From an uncultured bacterium (lineage in GTDB: Bacteria; Myxococcota_A; UBA796; CAJQPC01), in assembly GCA_963934385.1 (NCBI GenBank), contig CAWVYO010000003.1, forward strand, positions 1-35,894: 35,894 bases of DNA. Direction: 5' to 3'. The stretch's first letter is position 1. The number at the start of each line of letters is the position of its first letter. The position numbers and the translations under genes were made by a program. Shown piece by piece: positions 1-9,606 of this stretch. Below the pieces are notes generated by a model. That model saw nothing but the letters and a program-made list of their open reading frames with translations. It ran no database searches and had not been told where the DNA came from.

Positions 1-395
1 CACCTGCACTAGCAGTCACAGGAGAGCACTGGTTCCAGGGCGAAGCCCCAGACGTATCAAGCGGTACAACACTAGTAGTTTTCTGGGAGAAATGGTGTCC
101 ACACTGTCGTCGTGAGGTCCCAGCACTTCAGGCTAGGTCTGAGGCATACGCTGGCCGCATGGAAGTCGTAGGACTCACCAAGCAGTCACGTGACACAAGT
201 GACGAAGCCGTAACTGAGTTTATAGCGGAGAACAGTCTCACATACGCTATGGGCCGTGAGACTGGTGAAATCTCTCGAGCATACGCGGTAAGTGGAATTC
301 CTGCAGCGGCGCTCGTGAAAGACGGAACCGTCCTCTGGCGTGGTCACCCTGGTCAGCTCTCTGACGAGATGATCGACGGTTTCTTGGCGAACTAG
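1..395 (+). CDS. TlpA/thioredoxin-like redoxin, 5'-truncated
   Basis: The frame of the 159..395 ORF is open back to position 3: ...TTLVVFWEKWCPHCRREVPALQ..., with the CxxC (CPHC) at 96-107 and a later 'YAVSGIP' cis-Pro loop. TAG stop at 393-395. Confidence 0.85.
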   Translation, partial: PALAVTGEHWFQGEAPDVSSGTTLVVFWEKWCPHCRREVPALQARSEAYAGRMEVVGLTKQSRDTSDEAVTEFIAENSLTYAMGRETGEISRAYAVSGIPAAALVKDGTVLWRGHPGQLSDEMIDGFLAN

Positions 396-543
396 ATCTT
401 TCGCCGGCACGTCTCAACCCTTTGTGTCTCGCTTATATTTGTTCTGTATTAGGGGTGGTTGCTCTAGCCAATCCTAGTATCGATGAGCCACAAAGGGAGA
501 ACGACGAGTAACGCTTTGATTGAGAAGATTTTAGGAGAGAGAA

Positions 544-1617
544 ATGTCGACCTCACAGCTTCAAGCCATCTTAGGCGCCGACGCAGAGTCTTTGCTGACA
601 CATACCTGCGAGGGTGTAAAGAAGAGCCAGATTCACCAGCCAGGTGTCGACGTGATCGACAGGATTTGGCGTGATTCAGATCGCAATATTCAGACTTTGC
701 GCTCCCTCCAGCAGCTATACGGTCACGGTCGGCTGGGCGGAACGGGGTATGTCTCAATACTTCCTGTAGATCAGGGTATTGAGCATTCAGGTGGCGCGAG
801 TTTTGCTCCAAATCCAGAGTATTTTGACCCAGATAATATCGTCGAGCTGGCCATTGATGGTGGCTGTAATGGAGTCGCCTCTACCTACGGTGTGCTCGGC
901 TCTGTGGCGCGAAAATACGCCCACAAGATCCCGTTTATACTTAAGATCAACCACAATGAGCTTATCTCTCACCCGAACACTTTTGATCAGGTGATGTTCT
1001 CTCAAATCGAGGACGCTTGGAACATGGGTGCGGCGGGTGTTGGGGCCACAATCTACTTTGGTTCTCCAGAAACAAGCCAGCAGCTTGTAGCCGTCTCAGA
1101 GGCCTTCTCAAGGGCTCACGAGCTAGGCATGTTTACTGTCCTTTGGTGCTACCTTCGAAGTGGCGCCTTCAAGGTCGATGGCGTTGACTATTCCGCTGCA
1201 GCAGACCTTACAGGTCAGGCTAACCACCTCGGTGTTACGATCCAGGCGGATATCATCAAGCAGAAGATGGCTACTAACAATGGCGGCTACGTGGCCTTAA
1301 ACGCACACGGCGCCTCTTATGGTAAGTTCAACGACAAAATCTATTCTGAGATGTGTGGTGACCACCCTATCGACTTGGTCCGCTATCAAGTTGCTAACTG
1401 CTATATGGGTAGGGTTGGGCTAATCAACTCAGGGGGAGCCTCTACAGGAGCTGGAGATTTATCACAAGCGATCCGCACTGCTGTCATTAATAAGAGAGCT
1501 GGCGGCACGGGGCTTATCTTGGGGCGCAAGGCGTTCCAGAAGTCACGTTCAGAAGGTGTTGCTATTATTAACGCCGTACAGGATGTCTACCTCAATGACT
1601 CGGTAACAATCGCTTAG
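544..1617 (+). CDS. fbaB: Class I fructose-bisphosphate aldolase (FbaB/DhnA family)
   Basis: 357 aa with motifs [33 protein letters not shown] (Schiff-base Lys), GLINSGG and GRKAFQ. AGGAG RBS just upstream. Confidence 0.92.
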   Translation: MSTSQLQAILGADAESLLTHTCEGVKKSQIHQPGVDVIDRIWRDSDRNIQTLRSLQQLYGHGRLGGTGYVSILPVDQGIEHSGGASFAPNPEYFDPDNIVELAIDGGCNGVASTYGVLGSVARKYAHKIPFILKINHNELISHPNTFDQVMFSQIEDAWNMGAAGVGATIYFGSPETSQQLVAVSEAFSRAHELGMFTVLWCYLRSGAFKVDGVDYSAAADLTGQANHLGVTIQADIIKQKMATNNGGYVALNAHGASYGKFNDKIYSEMCGDHPIDLVRYQVANCYMGRVGLINSGGASTGAGDLSQAIRTAVINKRAGGTGLILGRKAFQKSRSEGVAIINAVQDVYLNDSVTIA

Positions 1618-1762
1618 GACGCTATTTTTCGCCCTAGCGTATGTGCTCCGAGCCCCTTGCGTCGAACGTCTCGATCCCGTAAATCCCCCAAATTTCTGGG
1701 ATGTTTGCCCAAATTGTGATACCCAATGTCGCGACTTACACACCCATTACTTGGACTGAATA

Positions 1763-3121
1763 ATGAGTAGTTCTACATACCGAAGTGCCCCACTAGCAAC
1801 CAAGACGATGCCTAAGGGTATCCCTTACATCGTCACGAACGAGGCCGCCGAGCGGTTCTCTTTTTATGGGATGAAGGGGATCTTGGTTGTGTTTATGACC
1901 AAGTACATGGTCGACGCAACAGGAGGTGCCGACTATCTCACCGATGAGCAGGCGATGACTTGGTATCACTCCTTCACGTCGGCCGTCTATTTCTTCCCGC
2001 TTTTAGGTGCCATTATTGCGGACGCCTTTTTGGGCAAGTACCGCACAATTCTATACCTTTCGGTTGTCTACTGTGTTGGGCACGCTGCCCTTGCGATGGA
2101 CGAGACTCGTACAGGTCTCATGATAGGGCTCTCCCTAATAGCCATAGGCTCGGGAGGAATAAAACCCTGTGTCTCCGCCCACGTTGGTGACCAGTTCGGT
2201 AAAGAAAATGCAGGACTTCTAGAGCGAGTATTTGCCTGGTTTTATATAGCTATAAACCTAGGCGCTGCGGCTTCAACGCTGTTAACGCCTATTCTTCTTG
2301 CCGAGTATGGTCCAGCTATCGCGTTTGGTGTTCCAGGTGCCCTAATGGCTATCGCAACCCTGCTTTTCTGGATGGGTCGCAATGTATTTGTTCATATCCC
2401 TGCGGGTGGAATGGACTTCGTGCGAGAGACCTTCTCCTCCAAGGGGCTTAGATCCATCGGTTCTCTGTTATTGATCTACTGCTTTGTTGCCATGTTCTGG
2501 GCGCTGTTTGATCAGACTGGCTCCGCCTGGGTTCTACAGGCCGACAGGATGGACAGGAATTTTATGGGCATTGAGTGGCTACCTAGTCAGATTCAGGCCA
2601 TCAATCCGATCCTAATCCTCACGCTAGTGCCTCTATTCTCCTACGTAATATACCCGGCAGTTTCAAAGGTTTGGGTACTCACTCCCCTAAGAAAAGTCTC
2701 TATAGGTTTCTTTGCTACCGTGCCTGCCTTCGTGTTGCCGGCATGGATCGAGAGCCAGTTGGTAGCGGGAGAGGTTGTCAATATTGGTTGGCAGCTCGCC
2801 TCTTACGGGCTCATCACGGTCGCTGAGATCTTGGTTTCGATAACTATCTTGGAGTTCTCATACACACAGGCTCCTAAAAAGATGAAGTCGCTAATCATGG
2901 CGGCAAACCTAATGAGTGTTTCCGTTGGAAACCTCTTTGTAATGGCTGTGAATGTTTTTATTCAGAACCCCGACGGAACATCCAAACTAGAGGGGGCGGA
3001 CTACTACCTCTTCTTTGCAGGGTGTATGTTGATAACCGCTATCGTGTTTATTCCTGTTGCGATGATGTACAAGGAAAAGCGTTACATACAAGACTCGTCG
3101 GCTGTTGAGCAGGCGGGCTGA
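1763..3121 (+). CDS. POT/PTR2-family proton-dependent oligopeptide transporter (MFS)
   Basis: [10 protein letters not shown] (ExxERFxYYG motif), [47 protein letters not shown]; many hydrophobic helices. Confidence 0.92.
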   Translation: MSSSTYRSAPLATKTMPKGIPYIVTNEAAERFSFYGMKGILVVFMTKYMVDATGGADYLTDEQAMTWYHSFTSAVYFFPLLGAIIADAFLGKYRTILYLSVVYCVGHAALAMDETRTGLMIGLSLIAIGSGGIKPCVSAHVGDQFGKENAGLLERVFAWFYIAINLGAAASTLLTPILLAEYGPAIAFGVPGALMAIATLLFWMGRNVFVHIPAGGMDFVRETFSSKGLRSIGSLLLIYCFVAMFWALFDQTGSAWVLQADRMDRNFMGIEWLPSQIQAINPILILTLVPLFSYVIYPAVSKVWVLTPLRKVSIGFFATVPAFVLPAWIESQLVAGEVVNIGWQLASYGLITVAEILVSITILEFSYTQAPKKMKSLIMAANLMSVSVGNLFVMAVNVFIQNPDGTSKLEGADYYLFFAGCMLITAIVFIPVAMMYKEKRYIQDSSAVEQAG

Positions 3122-4449
3122 TGAGCGCTTGGACTCCAGGCTCATGGCAGCCATTCCCGATATCTCAACAGCCTGACTGGCCCGATAAGGAGGTCTTAAA
3201 GGGTGTGATCTCACAGTTGAAGGATCTCCCTCCGTTGGTTCATGCGGGCGAGGTTGACGCGCTGAAGGCCAACCTTGCAGCCGCGGGGCGCGGTGAATGC
3301 TTTCTATTACAAGGGGGCGACTGCGCAGAGCAATTCGCCGATTGTAAAAAGACTCCGATTGAGAATCGCTTGAAGGTATTGTTAGCTATGAGCCTCGTGT
3401 TGACATGGGGGGCTCGACTCCCTGTTGTGCGGGTAGGACGAATGGCGGGGCAGTTTGGAAAGCCTCGATCTAAGCCTACAGAGACGGTGGACGGCGTTGA
3501 GCTTAACACCTACCGAGGCGACATCGTTAACGGTCACGATCACGCTCATAGAACACCCGATCCGTTTAGAATGCTGACCGCTTATCACTGCTCAGCGGCA
3601 GTTTTGAACTACTCCCGAGCGCTGTTGGCTGGTGGGTTCGCCGACCTTCAGAACCCCTCGAATTGGGAGCTTGGGTTTGTGGCTGCCTCAGAGCGGAAAC
3701 ACGAGTATGAGGACTTAGTGGAGCGTATTCACGACGCTCTTGCGTTTATGCAAGTGACTGGTGCTGGAGCTGCTGATAGCCATAAGAGCGTAGAGTTATT
3801 CACCTCTCACGAGGGGCTATTGCTGTCGTATGAAGAGGCTCATACAGAGGCTGTAGGATCAAAGTACTACAACCTTGGCGCTCACATGCTCTGGATCGGT
3901 GATCGCACTCGAAAACTCGACGGAGCTCACATAGAGTACTTCAGAGGTGTCGCTAACCCCATAGGTTTAAAAGTCGGTCCTTCAATGAAGCCACAGGAGC
4001 TGGTTTCGGTCGTAAAGACCCTCAATTCAACCAACGAAGAGGGGCGACTTACGCTAATTACAAGATTTGGTGCGGGCAAGGTTCGAGAGCTTTTACCGCC
4101 GCTTGTAGAGGCCGTTAAAGAGGCCGGGCTGAACGTAGTCTGGTCTTGCGATCCTATGCACGGGAACACGCGCTCCACAGCCTCGGGCGTAAAGACCCGC
4201 TCGTTCTCGGACATTTTAGATGAAATAGGTGGGGCTTTCGACGTGCACAAAAATGCAGGCACGTGGCTTGGTGGCGTCCACCTTGAGCTTACAGGCGAAG
4301 ACGTGACCGAGTGTACTGGTGGGGCTCAGAACCTCTCCGACGAAGATTTGAATAGGAGCTATCAGACTACTTGCGACCCTCGTCTGAACCACGCTCAGAG
4401 TTTAGAGGTCGCTTTTAGGGTGGCTAAACGCCTACAGCAAATGAGGTAG
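3121..4449 (+). CDS. Class II 3-deoxy-7-phosphoheptulonate (DAHP) synthase
   Basis: Motifs LQGGDCAE, GRMAGQFGKPRS, FTSHEGL, LWIGDRT, WSCDPMHGNT, GGVHLELTG and CDPRLN. The start overlaps the upstream stop (TGATG). Confidence 0.95.
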   Translation: MSAWTPGSWQPFPISQQPDWPDKEVLKGVISQLKDLPPLVHAGEVDALKANLAAAGRGECFLLQGGDCAEQFADCKKTPIENRLKVLLAMSLVLTWGARLPVVRVGRMAGQFGKPRSKPTETVDGVELNTYRGDIVNGHDHAHRTPDPFRMLTAYHCSAAVLNYSRALLAGGFADLQNPSNWELGFVAASERKHEYEDLVERIHDALAFMQVTGAGAADSHKSVELFTSHEGLLLSYEEAHTEAVGSKYYNLGAHMLWIGDRTRKLDGAHIEYFRGVANPIGLKVGPSMKPQELVSVVKTLNSTNEEGRLTLITRFGAGKVRELLPPLVEAVKEAGLNVVWSCDPMHGNTRSTASGVKTRSFSDILDEIGGAFDVHKNAGTWLGGVHLELTGEDVTECTGGAQNLSDEDLNRSYQTTCDPRLNHAQSLEVAFRVAKRLQQMR

Positions 4450-4459
4450 TTAGGGTTCC

Positions 4460-5110
4460 CTAAAAGTGGGGAATAATAAGCCCTACAGCCAAACCAGCTA
4501 TTAGTCCCGCCGACTGAAAATGAGGTGAAGCCACGCATTTTCTAGAATGGAATAGAACGTGTAGGAGCATGCCTCCGACAGGTGGAATCAGCCATGGACC
4601 AAGGTTGGAGATGAAGTCCAATTCCGAACCTAGTAATACTCCAGCTATAGTCGCTATGCTTAGAGCAACAGCCCCGAGCCATGGACCCTTGTCACCCCAT
4701 GCCTGTTGTAGCCATGTAGCTAAGACCAGTGCTAGGGGGAGACGATGAGCTATTACTGCTATTGTGATGGGTTGTGACTCTCCAGCTGTTACGGCTACGG
4801 CTAGTACTGCCCCATCCAATAGGGCGTGTAGCGATAGCCCTGCCACCACCATGGTCACACCACCTGCCGACGAGAGCTTGTCGCCTAATAAAAGAGGAGC
4901 GGCCGCTCCGATGACAGCTAGGACTATAGCCGCTGGACCAATCGCTTCAACTGACTCTGGAAGTACGTGTCCAAGCACAAGTGTGGCAACCAATCCCTGA
5001 GCAACACCTCGAATTATAGCCATAGTCCTTGGTGTTTTAGCCTCTATTTTTGCTAAGAACACACCTGCAAATAGGGCTAAGATGGCTACGAAGGTCGCTA
5101 ATATTGGCAC
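4460..5110 (-). CDS. ZIP-like metal transporter / integral membrane permease
   Basis: 216 aa, almost entirely hydrophobic, with intramembrane His motifs GHVLPES, LHALLDG, AHRLP and GMLLHV resembling ZIP-family TM4/TM5. GTG start. Confidence 0.6.
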   Translation of the reverse strand: MPILATFVAILALFAGVFLAKIEAKTPRTMAIIRGVAQGLVATLVLGHVLPESVEAIGPAAIVLAVIGAAAPLLLGDKLSSAGGVTMVVAGLSLHALLDGAVLAVAVTAGESQPITIAVIAHRLPLALVLATWLQQAWGDKGPWLGAVALSIATIAGVLLGSELDFISNLGPWLIPPVGGMLLHVLFHSRKCVASPHFQSAGLIAGLAVGLIIPHF

Positions 5111-5206
5111 CGAGGCTCCACGGGCAGAACGCTGTTTCTGTAACTGCGCTTTATTCGAGTCTGGACGCTTGCGCCACTACAGCCTGTTTCGAGTTACCCT
5201 TGTTTT

Positions 5207-5479
5207 ATGATTAGGACTTTATTTTTGTTGTTAGCTGCCTGTGGAAAGGGCAGCCCATCTATTGAAACCCCAGATGTTTCGCAACCAAATGGTTTAGTGG
5301 AAACGGAGGCTGAACCAGAGTCTCATGAAGAAGAGGCAGAGCTAGCGACAGATGAAGCGGTCTGCCTAGAGGAGTGTCTTCGTGGCAACATGGCGAGCCC
5401 TCTGCCAGCCGATCGTATCCGCCAAGACTGTGAGGTTGGCTGTTCTGGAGATCGGGATCAGTTAGGGGGTGGACTGTGA
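5207..5479 (+). CDS. Small hypothetical lipoprotein
   Basis: Lipobox signal MIRTLFLLLAAC, an acidic linker, and a C-terminal CxxxC...CxxxC. The stop overlaps the next start (GTGA). Confidence 0.7.
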   Translation: MIRTLFLLLAACGKGSPSIETPDVSQPNGLVETEAEPESHEEEAELATDEAVCLEECLRGNMASPLPADRIRQDCEVGCSGDRDQLGGGL

Positions 5480-6291
5480 GTAAGACTCTTATTGTGACGG
5501 GCTGTAGTAGGGGGATCGGACGTCATATCGCCGTTAGGATGTCTGGTCTAGGTTGGTCCGTCTGGGGGACTTTGCGCTCCGAAGCTGGTCGCGAGGAGCT
5601 CGAGAAGGCAGGAGTGAAGGTGTTGAATGTTGATGTGACGGATTCGACTCAGGTGATGTCGGCGGTGGCTTCAGTTTTACGTCAAGATGGCAAGATAGAC
5701 GCCTTTGTTGCAAACGCAGGTGTAGGAAGCTTTGGCTGCTTCGAGACACTGAGTGATTCTCAGGTGCGCCAGATGATGGAGGTGAATTTTTTCGGTGTTT
5801 TGAGTTGTTCTAGGGCCGCGCTGCCAGCTCTGCGTCAGAGCAAAGGTAGATTCATCGTCATTGGTTCAGTTGCGGGGCGCCGAGGAGCGCCAGGGGCCTC
5901 TGGTTACAATGCGTCTAAATTTGCTGTGGGCGGTTGGGCGGAGGGGTTGGCATATGAAATGAAACCCTTTGGCGTCTCCGTGTCCCTAGTTGAGCCCGGC
6001 CCGGTAGAGACTGGCTTCTTCGACACTCGGTGGGGCGGAGATGTGCCAGAGGGTAGCCCATATGCCAATATGACTGATCAGCTGATTGAAAAATTAGACA
6101 CCGTGAAAAAACAGTGGGTCGATGTCGGCGATGTTGGTCATGAGGTCGAGGTTCTCCTTACAGTAGCCAAGCCCTCGTTTAGGGTTGTTGTCGGGTATAA
6201 AAACAAGGTGCAAATCATGGCCTGTAAGCTCCTTCCAGACTCTTGGTGGAGGGCTATTGTGAGCCGTGTGGTGGGTCTGCGTGAGAAATAG
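5476..6291 (+). CDS. Short-chain dehydrogenase/reductase (SDR)
   Basis: TGCSRGIG Rossmann motif, ANAG, catalytic Ser (GSVAG) and YNASK, and VEPGPVET. Confidence 0.92.
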   Translation: MSKTLIVTGCSRGIGRHIAVRMSGLGWSVWGTLRSEAGREELEKAGVKVLNVDVTDSTQVMSAVASVLRQDGKIDAFVANAGVGSFGCFETLSDSQVRQMMEVNFFGVLSCSRAALPALRQSKGRFIVIGSVAGRRGAPGASGYNASKFAVGGWAEGLAYEMKPFGVSVSLVEPGPVETGFFDTRWGGDVPEGSPYANMTDQLIEKLDTVKKQWVDVGDVGHEVEVLLTVAKPSFRVVVGYKNKVQIMACKLLPDSWWRAIVSRVVGLREK

Positions 6292-6306
6292 GCAGTATTG
6301 CCACAG

Positions 6307-9300
6307 CTAGTCTTTTCTACGCCTAGCTATAAGCCCTGCGAAAATTGCAGCTATCCAGCCGAAGTTTCCATTTGGTGTTGAGCTACACCCACAACCCGAG
6401 TCGTTCTTGTCGCCCCAGCCTGCTCCTCCGGTATCTTCTGTCTCTCCTGTGTCCCCAGTCTCACCGGTGATCCCAGTTTCACCTGTCTCTAATGGATTAC
6501 AGTCTTCGTCTAATCCTGGAGCGTTTGGGTAGAGGTCGGGATCTTCGTCGTCGCAGTCCACGTCGATAGCCCAGCCATCCTCATCTTGGTCGTCATCGTT
6601 GTCGTCGCAGTCTTGGTCTACACCGTCGTACCAGATCTCTTCGGCGTCGGGGTTGACGCCAGAGTTAGCATCGTCGCAGTCAGGACCACCAAACACCGAG
6701 GTGTCGTAGCCGTCGCCATCGACGTCGTAGTCGCTAGAGTGGTTACAGTCGAGAATCAGACCGTCGTAAGGAGTGTCCGGCGCCCCTGGATATGAATCCT
6801 CATCACCGTCATCACAGTCTTCGCCGTCATAGGTCTCGGAATCAAACCCATCCCCGTCCATGTCGTAGTCCGAAGCCTCGTCGCAGTCTTGGTCGATGCC
6901 GTCGTACCAGATCTCTGCAGCGTCTGGGTTAACAAGCTCATCGTCGTCGTCGCAGTCCTCCCCACCTGAGTCCAAGGTGTCGTAACCATCTAGATCTGCA
7001 TCATAGTCCGAAGCCTCGTCGCAGTCTTGATCGACGCCATCATAGTAGATCTCTGTCGCCCCGGGAAAAATGTCTGGATCGTTGTCGTCACAGTCTGAAG
7101 TGTCAGTGCCGTATCCATAGGGTTCAAGGCATGCCACAGCGGGGTTGTCTAGGTCTCCATAGCCATCTTCATCAAAGTCCGCATACCATGTGAGGGCGTC
7201 AACAGACTCGTCGTCGTAGGTCTCCCCATCGCAGTCGTAGTCGGTAGTGTCGCATTGTTCAGGGGCTCCTGGGAATATGGCGCTGTTTGCGTCATCGCAG
7301 TCCGAATAGTCGATCAAGTAGCCACTGGGTTGTGAGCATGACTCCCATGTGTTGTTGATGTCCCCAAAGTTGTCTATGTCTGTGTCGGCGTACCATGTGA
7401 CTGCGTCTAAGGCGTCGTCTTCGTCAAGTGTGTTGTCGCAATCGGTGTCTACACCGTCACAGTACTCAGGAGCTCCGGGGTATGTGTTCGTCGCGGAGTC
7501 GTCGCAGTCGGATGAATCCGATAAGAACCCGGTCGGCTCATCACATGCAAGTGTGGTGCTCCCGCTGTCCCCGTAGCTGTCACCGTCGCTGTCGGCGTAC
7601 CACGTGAGGGCATCGGTGGAGTCGTCTTCCCTGTCGTCGCCATCGCAGTCCGAGTCGATGTTGTCGCAGAGCTCGGGTGCCCCAGGAAATATATTTGCGT
7701 TTGTGTCATCGCAGTCAGATGTGTCCGTGCCGTAGCTACTTGGTTGGTCACAAGCTTGGGTTGTTGAATTGATATCGCCGTAGTTGTCGCCGTCGCTGTC
7801 GGCGTACCACGTGAGGGCATCGATGGATTCGCCTTCTCGATCGTCGCCATCGCAGTCCGAGTCTGTGTTGTCGCAGAACTCAGTGGCACCAGGGAATATA
7901 GAGGAATCTGTGTCATCGCAGTCAGATGTGTCCGTTCCGTAGCCACTTGGTTGGTCGCAAGATAGGGTGGATGAATTGATGTCCCCGTAGGTGTCACCGT
8001 CGCTGTCGGCGTACCATGTAAGCGCGTTTAGTGAGTCGTCTTCTCGGTCGTCGCCGTCGCAGTCCGAGTCAGTGCTGTCGCAGAGTTCAGGAGCGCCGGG
8101 ATATATAGTACCAGAGGCATCATTGCAGTCAGTAGAGTCCGCGACGTAGTTGTTTGGTCTAAAGCAGGCCAAGTATGTTGAATTGATGTCTCCGTAGTTG
8201 TCGCCATCGTTGTCACCGTACCAAGTTAAGGCATCGAGAGAATGGTCATCGGCTACTAGTCCGTCGCAGTCGCTATCTATAGAATCACAGTATTCGTCGG
8301 CGGCGGGATATGTTGCGGGGGCAGTGTCGTCGCAGTCAGTATCGTTGCTGACGTACCCGGTGGGCTGTGAGCATGAATCGGTTGTGGACGATGTTCCACC
8401 GAACCCGTCACCGTCTGCATCCGCGTACCACATGCTCGCGTCGAGAGCATATGTGTTGTCCAGTGTGCCGTCGCAGTCAGAGTCGACACCGTCGCAGTAT
8501 TCGTCGGCAGCAGGATAAATCGAGCTGTCGCCATCGTCACAGTCGGTACTATTGGCGGTGTAACCAGATGAAATGTAGCAGGAAGTTGCGTAGTTTAGCA
8601 GATCACCAAAATTGTCGCCGTCGTTGTCGGCGTACCACGCCAGTGCGTCTAGAGCGTCACTCTCGTCTAGTGTGCCGTCGCAGTCAGTGTCTACACCGTC
8701 GCAGTACTCGTCAGCCCCATTATGCGTTGCGCTGCTTGTTCCATCGCAGTCATCTGCGGCGTTGTAACCGTCACCGTCCGAGTCTACATAGTTGTCGTAG
8801 AGCTCTACGACCTCGGCTGAACTCAGCCCTGAGTTCCATAGCTTCAGTTCATCAATTTCGCCGTAGAACTCAGTGGAAGAGCCGCTAATAGCACCAACAA
8901 TGAAGTCCTGGCTACCCCAGCCAATGTAGTGGGTCAATGTGGTTGACACTACCGGAGTACCGTCCAAGAACATGGCGATAGCTTGACCGTCTAAGGTAAA
9001 GGCAACGTGGTGCCAAGTAGAGGGGCTGAGGGTGCCGCCGCTCAATGATGTGCTGCTACCCCCGTTTCCCACCATAAGGGATAATTCTCCATTGGACTGC
9101 AGGTAGAACCAAAATCCCGACGGATTAAGTCCAGTCACTCCGAGAGATGCCAGTGTACAACCTCCACCATTACCACATGAACTGAAGCCACTAGAATATA
9201 CCCACATGGCGATCGAAATATTACTTGAGGCGAGGTCTGAGCCTGGTGAGTGAGTTGCACCACTACTGGGATAACCGCTGAGGGTCAGAGTATTTCCTGA

Positions 9301-9519
9301 GTCCCAACTGCCACCAAGCGAACTGTCTAATGAGCTCGTCGTTATAGAACCACCAGATATGGAAAGATCATACCCAGAGCCAGCTTCCTCTACGGCGCTA
9401 GTAGCTGACGTGGAATCGTCAAATCGCCACTCTGCTGTTGGGTCTGGAACTGACCCGTTAGCAACTGAAAATGTGCTAATGAGTAAAGATATTGCCACAT
9501 AAAAGGTGAGCTTTACCAT
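6307..9519 (-). CDS. Secreted surface protein: LamG/concanavalin-like domain + Asp/Cys metal-binding (MopE-like) repeats + MYXO-CTERM-like anchor
   Basis: Signal peptide; LamG motifs WHHVAFT and FYGEIDELKLWN; eight ~69-aa repeats (DCDD..YPGA.E.CD..DxDCDG..WYADxDGDxYG) plus four shorter ones; tail GCGCSS..FGWIAAIFAGLIARRRKD. Confidence 0.85.
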   Translation of the reverse strand: MVKLTFYVAISLLISTFSVANGSVPDPTAEWRFDDSTSATSAVEEAGSGYDLSISGGSITTSSLDSSLGGSWDSGNTLTLSGYPSSGATHSPGSDLASSNISIAMWVYSSGFSSCGNGGGCTLASLGVTGLNPSGFWFYLQSNGELSLMVGNGGSSTSLSGGTLSPSTWHHVAFTLDGQAIAMFLDGTPVVSTTLTHYIGWGSQDFIVGAISGSSTEFYGEIDELKLWNSGLSSAEVVELYDNYVDSDGDGYNAADDCDGTSSATHNGADEYCDGVDTDCDGTLDESDALDALAWYADNDGDNFGDLLNYATSCYISSGYTANSTDCDDGDSSIYPAADEYCDGVDSDCDGTLDNTYALDASMWYADADGDGFGGTSSTTDSCSQPTGYVSNDTDCDDTAPATYPAADEYCDSIDSDCDGLVADDHSLDALTWYGDNDGDNYGDINSTYLACFRPNNYVADSTDCNDASGTIYPGAPELCDSTDSDCDGDDREDDSLNALTWYADSDGDTYGDINSSTLSCDQPSGYGTDTSDCDDTDSSIFPGATEFCDNTDSDCDGDDREGESIDALTWYADSDGDNYGDINSTTQACDQPSSYGTDTSDCDDTNANIFPGAPELCDNIDSDCDGDDREDDSTDALTWYADSDGDSYGDSGSTTLACDEPTGFLSDSSDCDDSATNTYPGAPEYCDGVDTDCDNTLDEDDALDAVTWYADTDIDNFGDINNTWESCSQPSGYLIDYSDCDDANSAIFPGAPEQCDTTDYDCDGETYDDESVDALTWYADFDEDGYGDLDNPAVACLEPYGYGTDTSDCDDNDPDIFPGATEIYYDGVDQDCDEASDYDADLDGYDTLDSGGEDCDDDDELVNPDAAEIWYDGIDQDCDEASDYDMDGDGFDSETYDGEDCDDGDEDSYPGAPDTPYDGLILDCNHSSDYDVDGDGYDTSVFGGPDCDDANSGVNPDAEEIWYDGVDQDCDDNDDDQDEDGWAIDVDCDDEDPDLYPNAPGLDEDCNPLETGETGITGETGDTGETEDTGGAGWGDKNDSGCGCSSTPNGNFGWIAAIFAGLIARRRKD
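7584..8204. repeat. 207-bp coding tandem repeat (69-aa unit), three highly similar copies
   Basis: cgtcgctgtcggcgtacca starts at 7584, 7791 and 7998 (period 207). More diverged copies flank it within the gene. Confidence 0.85.
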
Positions 9520-9606
9520 AGTGTTTGTTGATACCGTTTCGAGGTTGTTCTTTAGTTTACTGGATTATCGAGTGCGCCCGTAAAGGGTCTGCGGTAGGAT
9601 ACCACC

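Noticed and set aside
544-1617. The aldolase as an alternative shikimate-entry enzyme (ADH synthase) given the nearby DAHP synthase
   Set aside because: Its length (~350 aa) and motifs match the FbaB-type subfamily, and no DHQ synthase II gene is nearby.
7584-8204. CRISPR-like periodicity (also the 21-bp, 72-bp and 75-bp repeats)
   Set aside because: The periods are multiples of three inside ORFs, there are no unique spacers, and no cas genes are present.
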